Of a stretch of 64,000 nucleotides of DNA, positions 26,428-36,813 are shown in pieces. Source of the stretch: Dictyostelium discoideum (Eukaryota); NCBI GenBank assembly GCA_000004695.1, contig CM000153.2, positions 5,280,001 to 5,344,000 on the forward strand, in the 5' to 3' direction. Each line of letters begins with the position of its first letter. The stretch's first letter is position 1. Both the position numbers and the translations under genes were made by a program. Below the pieces are notes generated by a model. That model worked only from the letters and a program-made list of their open reading frames with translations. It was not told the DNA's origin and made no database searches.

Positions 26428-27430
26428 TATAATAACAATAATAATAATGATAATAATAATATATTAAATTTATTAAGAAAACCATTAAATATAATACCAA
26501 ATGATGTTAGGTTAATTAAATTTGGTAGTGATTTTAATTGTTCAAATGAATACACTACCTTTAAATTTAAAATCAATTAAATTTGGTTTTTGTTTTGATC
26601 AAGTATTTAATTTTAGTGGATTAATTAACCTTACAGCTTTACAATTGGGAGATAGTTTTAATAAACCAATTAAAAAATTAAAATTCCCACCAAATTTAAC
26701 ATGTTTATCATTTGGTGAAAAATTTAATCAGTTTATACCAGTTGGATGCTTTTTTGATTTACCATTGAAATCATTAAAGTTTGGTAGTGAATTTGATCAA
26801 TTTCTAGATTCTGGTTCATTACCACCAACATTAACATCATTGGATTTAGGTAGTTCTGGTAATTTTACAAGTTTTAAAATATTAAATCAATTAAAGTCTT
26901 TAAAAATTGGTTCAAGAAAATGTAAACCAGTTGAATTTTACGAATTTCCATCCAATTTAAAGGAAATTTCATACAATCATCATATTAATGAACCTATAAA
27001 TAAAGGTGTTATACCAATTGGTGTTGTATCATTATCATTTGATAAATCATTTAATAGAATTATTCAAAAAGGTGTTTTACCAAATACAATTAAAATCTTA
27101 TCATTAGGTTGTGAATTTAATCAAATAATTGAAAAGGATACTCTACCAATTCATTTAACAAAATTAACATTAAGATGTGGATTTAATCAAATCATTGATA
27201 AAGATGTACTTCCAAATAGTATAACATCATTATCATTAGGTAGTAGTTATTCAAAAAATTTCTTAATTGGTTCATTACCATCCTCTCTAAAAGAGTTAAA
27301 AATTCATTCTCATTTCTTCGATCAAAATCTCTCATGTTCATTTGATGATTATTTTACTTCCTCATTAGAATCAATTTACATCAAAAAGAATTCAAGTCTT
27401 GTTAATATTTTAGACCCACTTTTTTTTTAG
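25570..27430 (+). CDS. FNIP-repeat protein with an apparent +1 frameshift near 26535-26555 (two overlapping ORFs 25570..26580 and 26522..27430). Possible pseudogene or sequence error.
   Basis: Repeated FNIP-type units (IPNSVKTIKF, LPSSLTCIKFNDEYN, LPSTIKSIEFGDSFNQS..., IKFGSDFN then LPLNLKSIKFGFCFDQ in the other frame). The repeat periodicity continues across the frame change. A polyN (aat)n run lies at 26370-26460. Confidence 0.5.
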
Positions 27431-27683
27431 TAAATTTATTAAATTTATTTAAATTTATTTTATAATTTAATAATTAAATAAAGATAATTAAAATTATTAA
27501 TTAAATTAAAATTTTTTTTTATTTTTTTTTATTTTATTATTTTTTTTTTTTTTTACATTAAAAACATTACATTGAAAAAACATTTTTTAGGGTAAAGGGG
27601 TAGTTAGAATATAGTAACAATTATTTTATTTAATTGTTTTTTTTAAAAATAAAGTAGTTTTATTTTATTTTGGCTACAATTTG

Positions 27684-28631
27684 TTAAGGTAAGACCGTCC
27701 CAATTAATTTTGAAAATGCTGTATTTTTATCTCTTGATAATAACCAAGAGTTATAATAACGCTCAATACCATCAGTTAAACTTGGTTGTAATGGATAGTA
27801 ACCAATTAATGAAATTGCTTTAGAGGATGAAACATTTTGATTATAGGTTAAAAATTCAGTGAAAAAACTATTCTCTAATTTTGAAAGATATTCAATTGGT
27901 TTATTACTGAGATTACCACTAAAAGAGGCGATGCAAGTTACAACATCTTTAATTTTTTCATTATATGAATTTGCAATTAGAGTTTGACCTTTTAATTGTA
28001 AAGCATTTTTAATAACCAATTGATAAAAATTTACAAGATCAAATATATGAATAAAACCTTTAACACAATTTTCATCACCATAGATTTTAATAGAATCTTT
28101 TGATTTAGTTGCAGCTTCAAAATAATAACTTGCAACAGATTGATCCTTTCCATATAAAAAAGTTGGTTGAATAATAATTGCACCAAGAATTTCTTTATAG
28201 GTTTTCTCAATTTTAATTCTCCAATCAATAAATTTATGAGAAAAGTATGGAGTTGATTCATCATTTGTACCATTATTATTATTATTATTTTTAATATCAC
28301 CATAAACAACCACACCTGAAGTATAAATAAAGATTGTATTTGGTTTTTCATTATAAACTTTTAATAATGCCTCTTGAATTATAAATGGTGTTCTATGATC
28401 AGTTAAATCAGCAATTGCTTCAACAATGATATCTACTTTTAATGCTATTGGTAACCATTTTTCAATTTCTCTAACATCTGCTACAATTGGAATAATTTCA
28501 TTTCTTATTAATTGATCTGCACTTTCTTGTCTCCTTGTTAAACCATAAACTTTAAAACCATTTCTAACCAATACTAATGAAAGTTCACTTCCAATAAATC
28601 CACTTGATCCTAATATTAAAACATTTTTCAT
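27684..28631 (-). CDS. NAD(P)-binding Rossmann-fold reductase/epimerase (NmrA-like/atypical SDR)
   Basis: N-terminal MKNVLILGSSGFIGSELSLVLVRNGFKVYGLTRR (GxxGxxG). 315 aa, single exon. Confidence 0.6.
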   Translation of the reverse strand: MKNVLILGSSGFIGSELSLVLVRNGFKVYGLTRRQESADQLIRNEIIPIVADVREIEKWLPIALKVDIIVEAIADLTDHRTPFIIQEALLKVYNEKPNTIFIYTSGVVVYGDIKNNNNNNGTNDESTPYFSHKFIDWRIKIEKTYKEILGAIIIQPTFLYGKDQSVASYYFEAATKSKDSIKIYGDENCVKGFIHIFDLVNFYQLVIKNALQLKGQTLIANSYNEKIKDVVTCIASFSGNLSNKPIEYLSKLENSFFTEFLTYNQNVSSSKAISLIGYYPLQPSLTDGIERYYNSWLLSRDKNTAFSKLIGTVLP

Positions 28632-28753
28632 TTAAAATATAAAATATTAATAATATTAAAAATATATTATTATTTATTATTATTATTATTATAATTTATT
28701 ATTATTATTATTATTATTTATTATTATTAATATTATAATTATTATTTATTATT

Positions 28754-28785
<32 letters not shown>

Positions 28786-29609
28786 AATTATTATTATTAT
28801 TATTATTTATTATTATTAAAAAATAAAATTTAAAATTAAATTTTTTAATTAATTCAAAAATAATAACAATAATTTTAAATTAATCATTTAAAAAAATATT
28901 TGTAAAAAAAAAATACAAATTGAAAAAAAAGTAAGTTAACAATTTTTTTAAATAGATCCACACACAAAAAATGCGATTTATTAAAAAAAAATACACACAA
29001 TAAAAAAAAAAAAATTATAATAACAAGAAAACATGAGCGGTTTTTTTCATGTAAAACAGGTGGGTGTAGTTAGATATTTTCAAGATTATTATTTTTTATT
29101 TTTTAATTTTATTTTTAATTTATTTTTATTTATTTTTTATTTTTTTTTTTATAATTTTATTAAAATCTTTTTATTTTTTATAAAAAAATTCAATACATGT
29201 AGATAATTATTATGAAATCAAAAGCAACTACATATCGCCACCAAAATAATACCACCAACATCAACCGCAACAAACAAAACTAAAAATTAATAACAATACC
29301 ACCAACACACCAACACACCAACTTCAACAGCAACAAACAAAACCAACTAATAACTACACTACCAAACAACAGCAACAACAACCAGAAGAAAAATAGCAAA
29401 AGCAGGTGCAATTGGAGAATAGTTTCTAATGAATATTCAGTATTAATAAAAGAGGGTGAAATGAAATTATTATTATATTTAGAATTTAACCATCTAATTA
29501 TTAATAAATAATTAGAAAGTAGTTTAAACAATAAAAGTATATCAATATTTTTTTTTTATTTCTAATCTTTTTTTTTTTTTTTATTTCTAATCTTTTTTTT
29601 TATTTCTAA

Positions 29610-29647
<38 letters not shown>

Positions 29648-29663
29648 TACCTCCATTTATTAT

Positions 29664-31235
29664 TTATCTTTTTTTAATTTGAACAACTGTATTTTTGCAT
29701 TGTGTTGTTAAACCTGGAATACCATTATCATCAAATGGAATTGAAGGGTTTGGATTTATAAATTCATATCTATTCAAAACAGAAGCAATAATTGTAAAGA
29801 TTTCATTATATGCTAGTGATTTACCAATACAATCTCTAATTCCTGTACCAAAACTAATTAATGTTTGAGAGTTTTCATCTCCATTCCATCTTTCTGGTAT
29901 GAATTCATCTGGTTGGCTATAGAATGTATCAGATCTTTGAGTTGCATAAATATTTTGAAAAATCATTGTACCTTTTGCAATTGTGTACCCTTCAATCACA
30001 GTTTCTTGGGTGGTTTCATGTGGTGCACCAAATGGAGCTGCAGGATGTTTTCTATAGTTTTCTTTTAATGCTAATGATAGGTATGGTATTAATGAACGAT
30101 ATTTTGAATATTTTAATATTACCATACTCTCATTCATATAATCATCTGCTTGTTGATTTTGTTCAAATGAAACAACTATATCATTGTAAACTTTTGTTTG
30201 AATTGTTGGATTATTCATCATTTCAATTAAAAAGAATAATGCAGTACTAGATGTTGAGTCTGAACCTGCTGTAATAATGGTATTACAATTTGAAATGACC
30301 GCATCCCATGGAATATTACCTTTATCATGTTCAATCATTAATTTTGATAACATACATTCATCATCTTCTTTATATTTATGACTTTTAACAAGAGTTTCAA
30401 TTTGTACTACCAATGCTTGATATGATGTATATAGTTTTGATCTTTTTGAATGTGGTATTGGTAAGAAATCCGATAAAACTATCTCACCAGATGCAATTAA
30501 TAAATCTCTTATACCAACCATTAGATCACTAGTTTCTTCAAAATCTTGATATGGAAAATCAATACCAAATAAGAATCTTGAAATTATATTAATTGAAAAC
30601 ATTGAAAAATAATTATTCAATAAAAATGGTTTACCATCTTCTGAATGTTTATCTAATACCTTCATTAATTTAACAATTTCATTTTGAATATGTGATTCTT
30701 GTTTTTTAATTCTTGTTACTGTCAATTCAGATAGAAATATTCTTTTTAATGCTGATTGATTTTTACCATTTTCTTGAGTAATATCACTACATTTATTTAA
30801 TTTATATCTACTTTCAAAGGTATAATGTGGTGCAAATGCTTCTGAATTATCAATAAATGCTTTTTTAATAATTGGAAATCCAGTTAAAACAACTGCACTT
30901 TTATTACCCATATTCACACTATAAATCGGACCATATATTTTAAACCATTTTTGAAATGTTGTATGTATACCATTCTTATTATCCAATGATAATATATTAC
31001 CAAATATTGGTAGGCCAATTGGTCCTGGTATTTTTGAATTTATTTTTGATGGTGAATATTTATAATTCTTTTTTTTTATTAATTTTTTATTAATTATTTA
31101 AAAAAAAAAAAAATTAATATTAATATTAGTTTTTAGAAATTATTTTTACCCTAAAAAATTATTTATTATACATACTCTTTTAAATATTAAATATATTATA
31201 ATTGCTAAAATAACAGATAAAACTAATAAATTCAT
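29664..31235 (-). CDS. Cytochrome P450 monooxygenase. Exons join(complement(31176..31235),complement(29664..31067)).
   Basis: Heme-binding motif FGTGIRDCIGKSLA. Exon 1 MNLLVLSVILAIIIYLIFKR is a membrane anchor. A gtatgt intron precedes exon 2, which begins NYKYSPSKINSKIPGPIGLPIFGNILSL (PPGP hinge). Total ~487 aa. Confidence 0.8.
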
Positions 31236-31878
31236 TTTTAATTTTTGTTCATTTAATATTAAAAAAAACTATTTTAAAAAAGTTAAAAAAATAAAAAATT
31301 AATTCAATTTTCATTTTTTAATAATTTTTATTTCTAAAATAATTAATATAAACTAATATTTAGTAGAATATATAAAAATGAATAAAATATTAATTATTAG
31401 TTTTTTTTTTTCCAATTGGATTTTGTATCTATTAAAAAATAAAAATGCGTCACCAAAACACAATTAAAAAATATTAATTTTTTTATTAAATTGGTAAAAA
31501 AAACACTTCCCATGATAATCTTAATTGAAAATTTAAAAAAAATAAAAAAATTAAATAAATTAATTTTAATTAATAAATAAAAAATAAAAAAATAAAAAAT
31601 AAACATATAGATAAATAAATAAAAAAATGTCTCATTCCAATAGTGGTTTCTGCAAATAAAAAAAAAAAAAAAAAATAAATAATTCTTAAATTTAAAAAAA
31701 TACCAAATAGTGGGGGAATTGAGAATGAATAAAAAACATTTATTTAAGTGTGTTAATATTGGAAAAATTATTTATTACTACGGATTGAAAATCAATATTA
31801 ATTATATCAATTATTTATTTATTTTATTTTATTTATTTATTTTTGCGAATAAAACTGAATTTCTCCTTTTAAAAGTTA

Positions 31879-32367
31879 TTAGTTTAAGAAGTTTCCATAA
31901 ACTTTTTTAAATAATTCTTGTAATGCTGGAGTACTATTTGCAACTCTTATAATTTCACTTGGATCTAAATATTCTTTAATTGAAAATATTTTACCAGATT
32001 CATTTACTGATAAAACTAAGGCAATTTCAGCTGTGTACTCATTAACCATCCCATAACCCATATGTAGTGTTTTAATAACCAATAATATAATACGTCTTTC
32101 ATTATCAATAATTTTTTCAGTTTCTGTCATTGAGTACTTATCAAGACCACTATTAAGGAAATGCATACCATTTAATCTAAATTGAATTGGCTTCCAACCT
32201 GAAAATGGGAAAATACTTTCATCACCTGTAATCCACCATAGATCAGTCTCTGTATTATTAAATATCTTTGAATTTATTTCTTTATCTACATAATTTTTTT
32301 TATTAAAAAATTGAATAAATGAATTGGCCACTTCATTTAGGTTTAAATTATTATTATTTTTATCCAT
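31879..32367 (-). CDS. NTF2-like/SnoaL-like small protein (paralog 1 of 3)
   Basis: 162 aa. Shares with the two downstream paralogs the pattern FIQFFNKK.Y......FNNTETD.WW..GD...PF.G...IQ.RL.......G.DKYSMT......ERRI.L.V..T...GYGM..EY.....L.V...GKI..IKEY.DPS. Confidence 0.5.
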
Positions 32368-32946
32368 TTTTTATATATATATATTTTATTAATTTTTTTT
32401 TTTTTTTTTTATACAAACAAAAATAAAAATACAATACAAATTTAATTTTTTTTTTTTTATATCTAAAAATTCAAAAAAACAAAACAAAACAACATGAATA
32501 CATTATGAATAACAAATAATTTATAATAATTAATATGTGTAAAAAGACAAAAATTTATGAACTTTTTTATTATTACAAATTTATAATATTAATATATTTA
32601 TAGAAATATATTATTTACATACGTTAAATTAAATAATAGATATTACAAAAACAATTAGACTAAAAGTATTATATTTTATTAATTTTTTATGTATTTTTTT
32701 TTTATTTTAAATAATAAAAGTTGTGTGGTGAATTTTAATTTTTTAGTTATTGGTTTTTTTATTAATCACTTTATAATTTATGAATATGAATTTTTAAGTT
32801 TGTTTATAAATTAAATATGATATAGTTATTAAATACAACAACAAAATTAAATATGATATAGTTATTAAATACAACAGTAAAAATTTAGTAATTTAAAACA
32901 TTTCATTGAATCCTATTGTAGTAATAAAGTTATATATTTCATAAAG

Positions 32947-33029
32947 CCGGCTTTGGCGCAATGGTAGCGCGATTGACTGTAGTAACGAAAGTGATCAATC
33001 GGTTGCTAGTTCGAATCTGGCAAGCCGGA
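32947..33029 (+). tRNA. tRNA-Tyr (anticodon GUA) with an 11-12 nt intron 3' of the anticodon
   Basis: Acceptor stem CCGGCTT/AAGCCGG (C1:G72 as in eukaryotic tRNA-Tyr). D-arm GCGC-AATGGTA-GCGC. Anticodon stem ATTGA/TCAAT with loop CUGUAG, then an intron (taacgaaagtga). T-arm GCTAG-TTCGAAT-CTGGC. Discriminator A. A T6 run follows immediately. Confidence 0.85.
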
Positions 33030-33030
33030 C

Positions 33031-33036
33031 TTTTTT
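33031..33036 (+). terminator. Pol III oligo-T terminator of tRNA-Tyr
   Basis: TTTTTT immediately 3' of the tRNA. Confidence 0.6.
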
Positions 33037-33059
33037 AAAACAAAAATAATATAGTCACA

Positions 33060-33070
33060 GGTTCAATTCT
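33060..33070 (+). promoter_or_regulatory. Extra (ex-)B-box-like element downstream of the tRNA gene
   Basis: GGTTCAATTCT ~30 bp 3' of the tRNA matches the B-box consensus GGTTCGANTCC. Dictyostelium tRNA genes often carry such external B boxes. Confidence 0.4.
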
Positions 33071-33188
33071 CGATAAAAAATAACGATAATTCATATATGA
33101 ACCTATTAATTCCTTTAATAAACATTGATTAATATATAAAAAATTTAATTATTTTAAAAAAAATTTATTTGTTATTTAAATTGTTTTT

Positions 33189-33680
33189 TTAATCTCTTGA
33201 TGTTGGGGCAAAAGAATCTGGGAAAAAGTTTTTGAATATTCCTTGCAAAGATGGAGTACTTTGGGCCATTTTTAAATATGCACTTGGGTCAAAATATTCT
33301 TTAATTGCACAAATTTTACCATCTTCATTAACAGATATGATGAATGCATATTCATTAGAATATTCCTTTGTCATTCCGAATCCCATTGATACAGTTTTAC
33401 CAACAACTAACATAATTCTTCTTTCATGGTCAATAATTTGATCAATAAGAGTCATTGAATATTTGTCATAACCATTTTGAAGAGTTTGGAATCCATCTAA
33501 TCTTTTTTGAATAGAATCAGAACCAGCAAATGGGTAAACATTTTTATCACCAGATACCCACCATTGATCTGTTTCTGTGTTATTAAATAGTTTAGATTTA
33601 TTTTCATAATCTTTATTGTTAAAAAATTGAATAAATGCATTGGGAATTTCACATAGTGTTAGTTTTTTATTATTCTCCAT
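33189..33680 (-). CDS. NTF2-like/SnoaL-like small protein (paralog 2 of 3)
   Basis: 163 aa with the same conserved pattern as 31879..32367. Confidence 0.5.
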   Translation of the reverse strand: MENNKKLTLCEIPNAFIQFFNNKDYENKSKLFNNTETDQWWVSGDKNVYPFAGSDSIQKRLDGFQTLQNGYDKYSMTLIDQIIDHERRIMLVVGKTVSMGFGMTKEYSNEYAFIISVNEDGKICAIKEYFDPSAYLKMAQSTPSLQGIFKNFFPDSFAPTSRD

Positions 33681-34169
33681 TTTTTTTTATTTTAATTATT
33701 TCAATTTAGTTTCAATGAAAAAAAAAATAAAAAATTATAAACAATAAAAAAACTAGGTTATGCAAAAACAAATAAATTTAATTTAATTAATAATATTTAA
33801 TAAAAAATATTATTTTCTTATTATAAAAAATTATTAAAAAATAATATTTATAAAAATTTAAAATAAGTTTTTTTTATAATTAAAGATTTAAAAAATAAAT
33901 CTCTAATTAGGGGAATATTTATCTATTATTCAAAAAAAAAAAATTATTAATGTTTACTAATTAATTATAATATGCAATTTTAAAAAATTTGATTGTTGCA
34001 CCTAATTGTTTCATTATTTTTTCAGATCTATTAGGAAAAAGTTTATGGATTATTATAATTAAAAAAATAAATTATTATTTTATTTTTTCAAAAATTTGAA
34101 TTTTTATTGATATTTTTGGTAAAATAAATGATAGTGTTTGTTCATATAATAAAATGGAATATCAACATT

Positions 34170-34214
<45 letters not shown>

Positions 34215-34329
34215 GAGTTTATTTCCTAATACTTTTTTTTTTCCCACCGTCATAAATACCAATATAAAATAGTAGAATTTTATTATTTTTTTTAGACATT
34301 ATTTTAAAATATGATTTATTTTGTAAATA

Positions 34330-34800
34330 TTAAACTTTGTGATACAATTCTGTTAATTTTTTATTACTTAAAGAATACTTTAAAATTTCACTTGGATCAA
34401 AATATTCTTTAATTAAACAAATTTTTCCATCATTATTTACTGTTAAAAAGAAAGCATATTCATTTATGTAGATATTGTCTCCATAACCAACTGCACTTGT
34501 TCTTGCTTCCATAATTATTAAATTTTTTTCAATATTAAATGTTTTGTTTGATTCTGTAAATGAAAATTGATCATAACCATGAATTAATGGGATCATGTCG
34601 TTTAATCTTTTTTGAATTGGTTTCCAACCTGAAAATGGGTACATATTTTCATCTCCAGACATCCACCATTGGTCTGATTCTGGGTTATTAAAAATTTGGG
34701 ATATTAATTCTAAATTGTTAAATTCTCTATTATTAAAAAATTGAACAAATGAATCTGCAACTCTATTAAGTCTCAAAATGTTGTTTTCTTTACTTTCCAT
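34330..34800 (-). CDS. NTF2-like/SnoaL-like small protein (paralog 3 of 3)
   Basis: 156 aa with the same pattern (FVQFFNNREF...[22 protein letters not shown]...). Confidence 0.5.
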   Translation of the reverse strand: MESKENNILRLNRVADSFVQFFNNREFNNLELISQIFNNPESDQWWMSGDENMYPFSGWKPIQKRLNDMIPLIHGYDQFSFTESNKTFNIEKNLIIMEARTSAVGYGDNIYINEYAFFLTVNNDGKICLIKEYFDPSEILKYSLSNKKLTELYHKV

Positions 34801-35240
34801 TTTATTTAAAAGTTTTTTATAAATTAATAAATTTCAATTGTTTTTATGCTTGTCTTTAATAAAAAAAAAAAAAAAAAAATTTCTGGTTAATTATGTTTAA
34901 AAATTTCTGTTTAATTATGTTTAAAAATATTTAAAGTTAATAAATTTCCATTAAAACAATTATTTTTAAAACAAAAATATACTACTAATTATTAATACTT
35001 TAAACTTCTATGGGGAGTTAATTTTTTTAAAAATTATTAATTATTACTTGTTTAAATATTAAATGATAACAGATGGAATGGTTTTTAATTTTTAAAATGT
35101 ACAAAATAATTAAAAACCAAAATAAGTAAATTTAATTTTCTGAATCTATTGGTAATATAAAGTTTTTTAAAAAATAAGTAATTATTAAACAAACGTTTCA
35201 AATATTTTTAAATTTTTAAATTTATATATTTATTTATTTA

Positions 35241-36436
35241 TCATTTATTATAATAATTATTTAGTGAGTTTATAAGCATTTCATTTGTAATTATATTTTC
35301 AATTGAATCAGATTTAGAACAATGATTTGATTCCGAAATTGATTTATTTGATAATAATAAAAGTTGTGAGAAAGAATTTTGATATCTTGTATATTCAATT
35401 TGAATTGGTAATAGCTTAATACAAGATTGGAAATTTGAAGATTGAATTAATGAAAACCATTCAATATATTCAACTTTTTCACAATTGAATTGTGATCCTA
35501 ATATATTATTAATATTCTCAATTTGTAATGGTTTTTCAACTCCAATATTGATAATATTAAAGCAACGATGTTGTTCTTGTATGTAGCTTTCAATATTAAT
35601 TAGACAATTTGAAATTGTTGTTGATAATGATGAAATTGGGGATGTTAAAAATGAGAATTCTATATTTGGATATGACTTGATTTCAATACATGATTGTAGA
35701 TATAATTGAACATAATCATTTGGATTTGAGAAAATTGAAGGGGTTCTTAATATAATTGTATTCAAATTGAATTTATCAGAAGCTTGTTTTAATAAATGTT
35801 CAGAGACTGCTTTAATTTGTAATGAACCATTTGAAAGTTGAGAAATTTTATCAACTGGTATTAAGGTTTCAAAATCTACAGTACTACTACTATTATTTCT
35901 ACCTAAATTAACATATAATGAAGATATCATTAAAATTTCTTTTATACCATTAGTGATTGAAAATTTAATAATTTCCTTTACAGTTTCGATTTTATATGAT
36001 TCATTTATATAGGTTGAATTTGTTGATTCTACTGCATCACTATCTTGATTAATAATTATTGAATTTACATTATTTGAAAGTATATTCAATTCATCAATTG
36101 GTAAACCAAAGTTATTCTTTGATGAATCACCAAAATAAACATGAATCTTTGAAATTTCAAATTCACTTAATTGTTCATAAAGTTTATATTGTTTAAAACT
36201 ATTTAAAATTTCATCATTTGAATTAATAGAATTAATTCTATCTTTTAATATATAATAAATATTTGAACAATTTGAATCTTTAACTAAATTAAATAATAAA
36301 TGAGTTCTTAAAATTCCAATTGAGCCAATTAATAAAATATTTTTGTTATTATTATCTAATTTTTGATGATGATTTTCATTGTTATTATTATTATTAATAT
36401 CTAATTTAATTTGATTCTCCCAAAATAGAATATCAC
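35241..36436 (-). pseudogene. Orphaned PKS C-terminal thioester-reductase-like (R, NAD_binding_4-type) domain. No start codon; separated from its PKS by a transposon insertion.
   Basis: On the minus strand the frame is open from the transposon end (36436) to the stop at 35241. It reads SDILFWENQIKLD...NILLIGSIGILRTHLLFNLVKDSNCSNIYYILKDR (GxxGxxG-like Rossmann motif typical of terminal reductase domains). The total is ~400 aa. The first Met (36089) lies after the nucleotide-binding motif. Confidence 0.6.
36432..36436. repeat. Target-site duplication ATCAC (left copy)
   Basis: Identical pentamer ATCAC at 39798..39802 immediately outside the other TIR. Confidence 0.75.
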
Positions 36437-36582
36437 TGTTGTAGGGAATTTTCCATAAAATTTCACTACAGTAGCGTAGTGAATTTTATTATTTAATTTC
36501 ACTACAGTAGCGTAGTGAAAAAAAAAAATCACTGACCTTAAATTTTTTTTTTTTTCAAAAAACAAATAAAGTTTATTAAATT
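36437..36582. repeat. Terminal inverted repeat (left) of the transposon; contains two copies of a 23-bp palindromic subrepeat TTTCACTACAGTAGCGTAGTGAA
   Basis: See mobile element; reverse complement of 39653..39797. Confidence 0.8.
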
Positions 36583-36639
36583 GAAATTTTATTTTTTGTT
36601 TTAATTATTATTTTATTTATTTTTATTATAATTATTGTT

Positions 36640-36672
<33 letters not shown>

Positions 36673-36813
36673 CAATTTTTTTTTTTTAAATTTTTTTCAA
36701 TTTTTATTTGTTTATTAAATTGTAATTTTATTTTTTGTTTTAATTATTATTTTATTTATTATTATTGTTAATTTTTTTTTTTTTTCAATTTTTTTTTTTT
36801 TAATTTATTTTTA

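Noticed and set aside
26261-26500. ORF 26261..26500 (-) polyTyr
   Set aside because: Antisense of the (aat)n tract in the FNIP gene.
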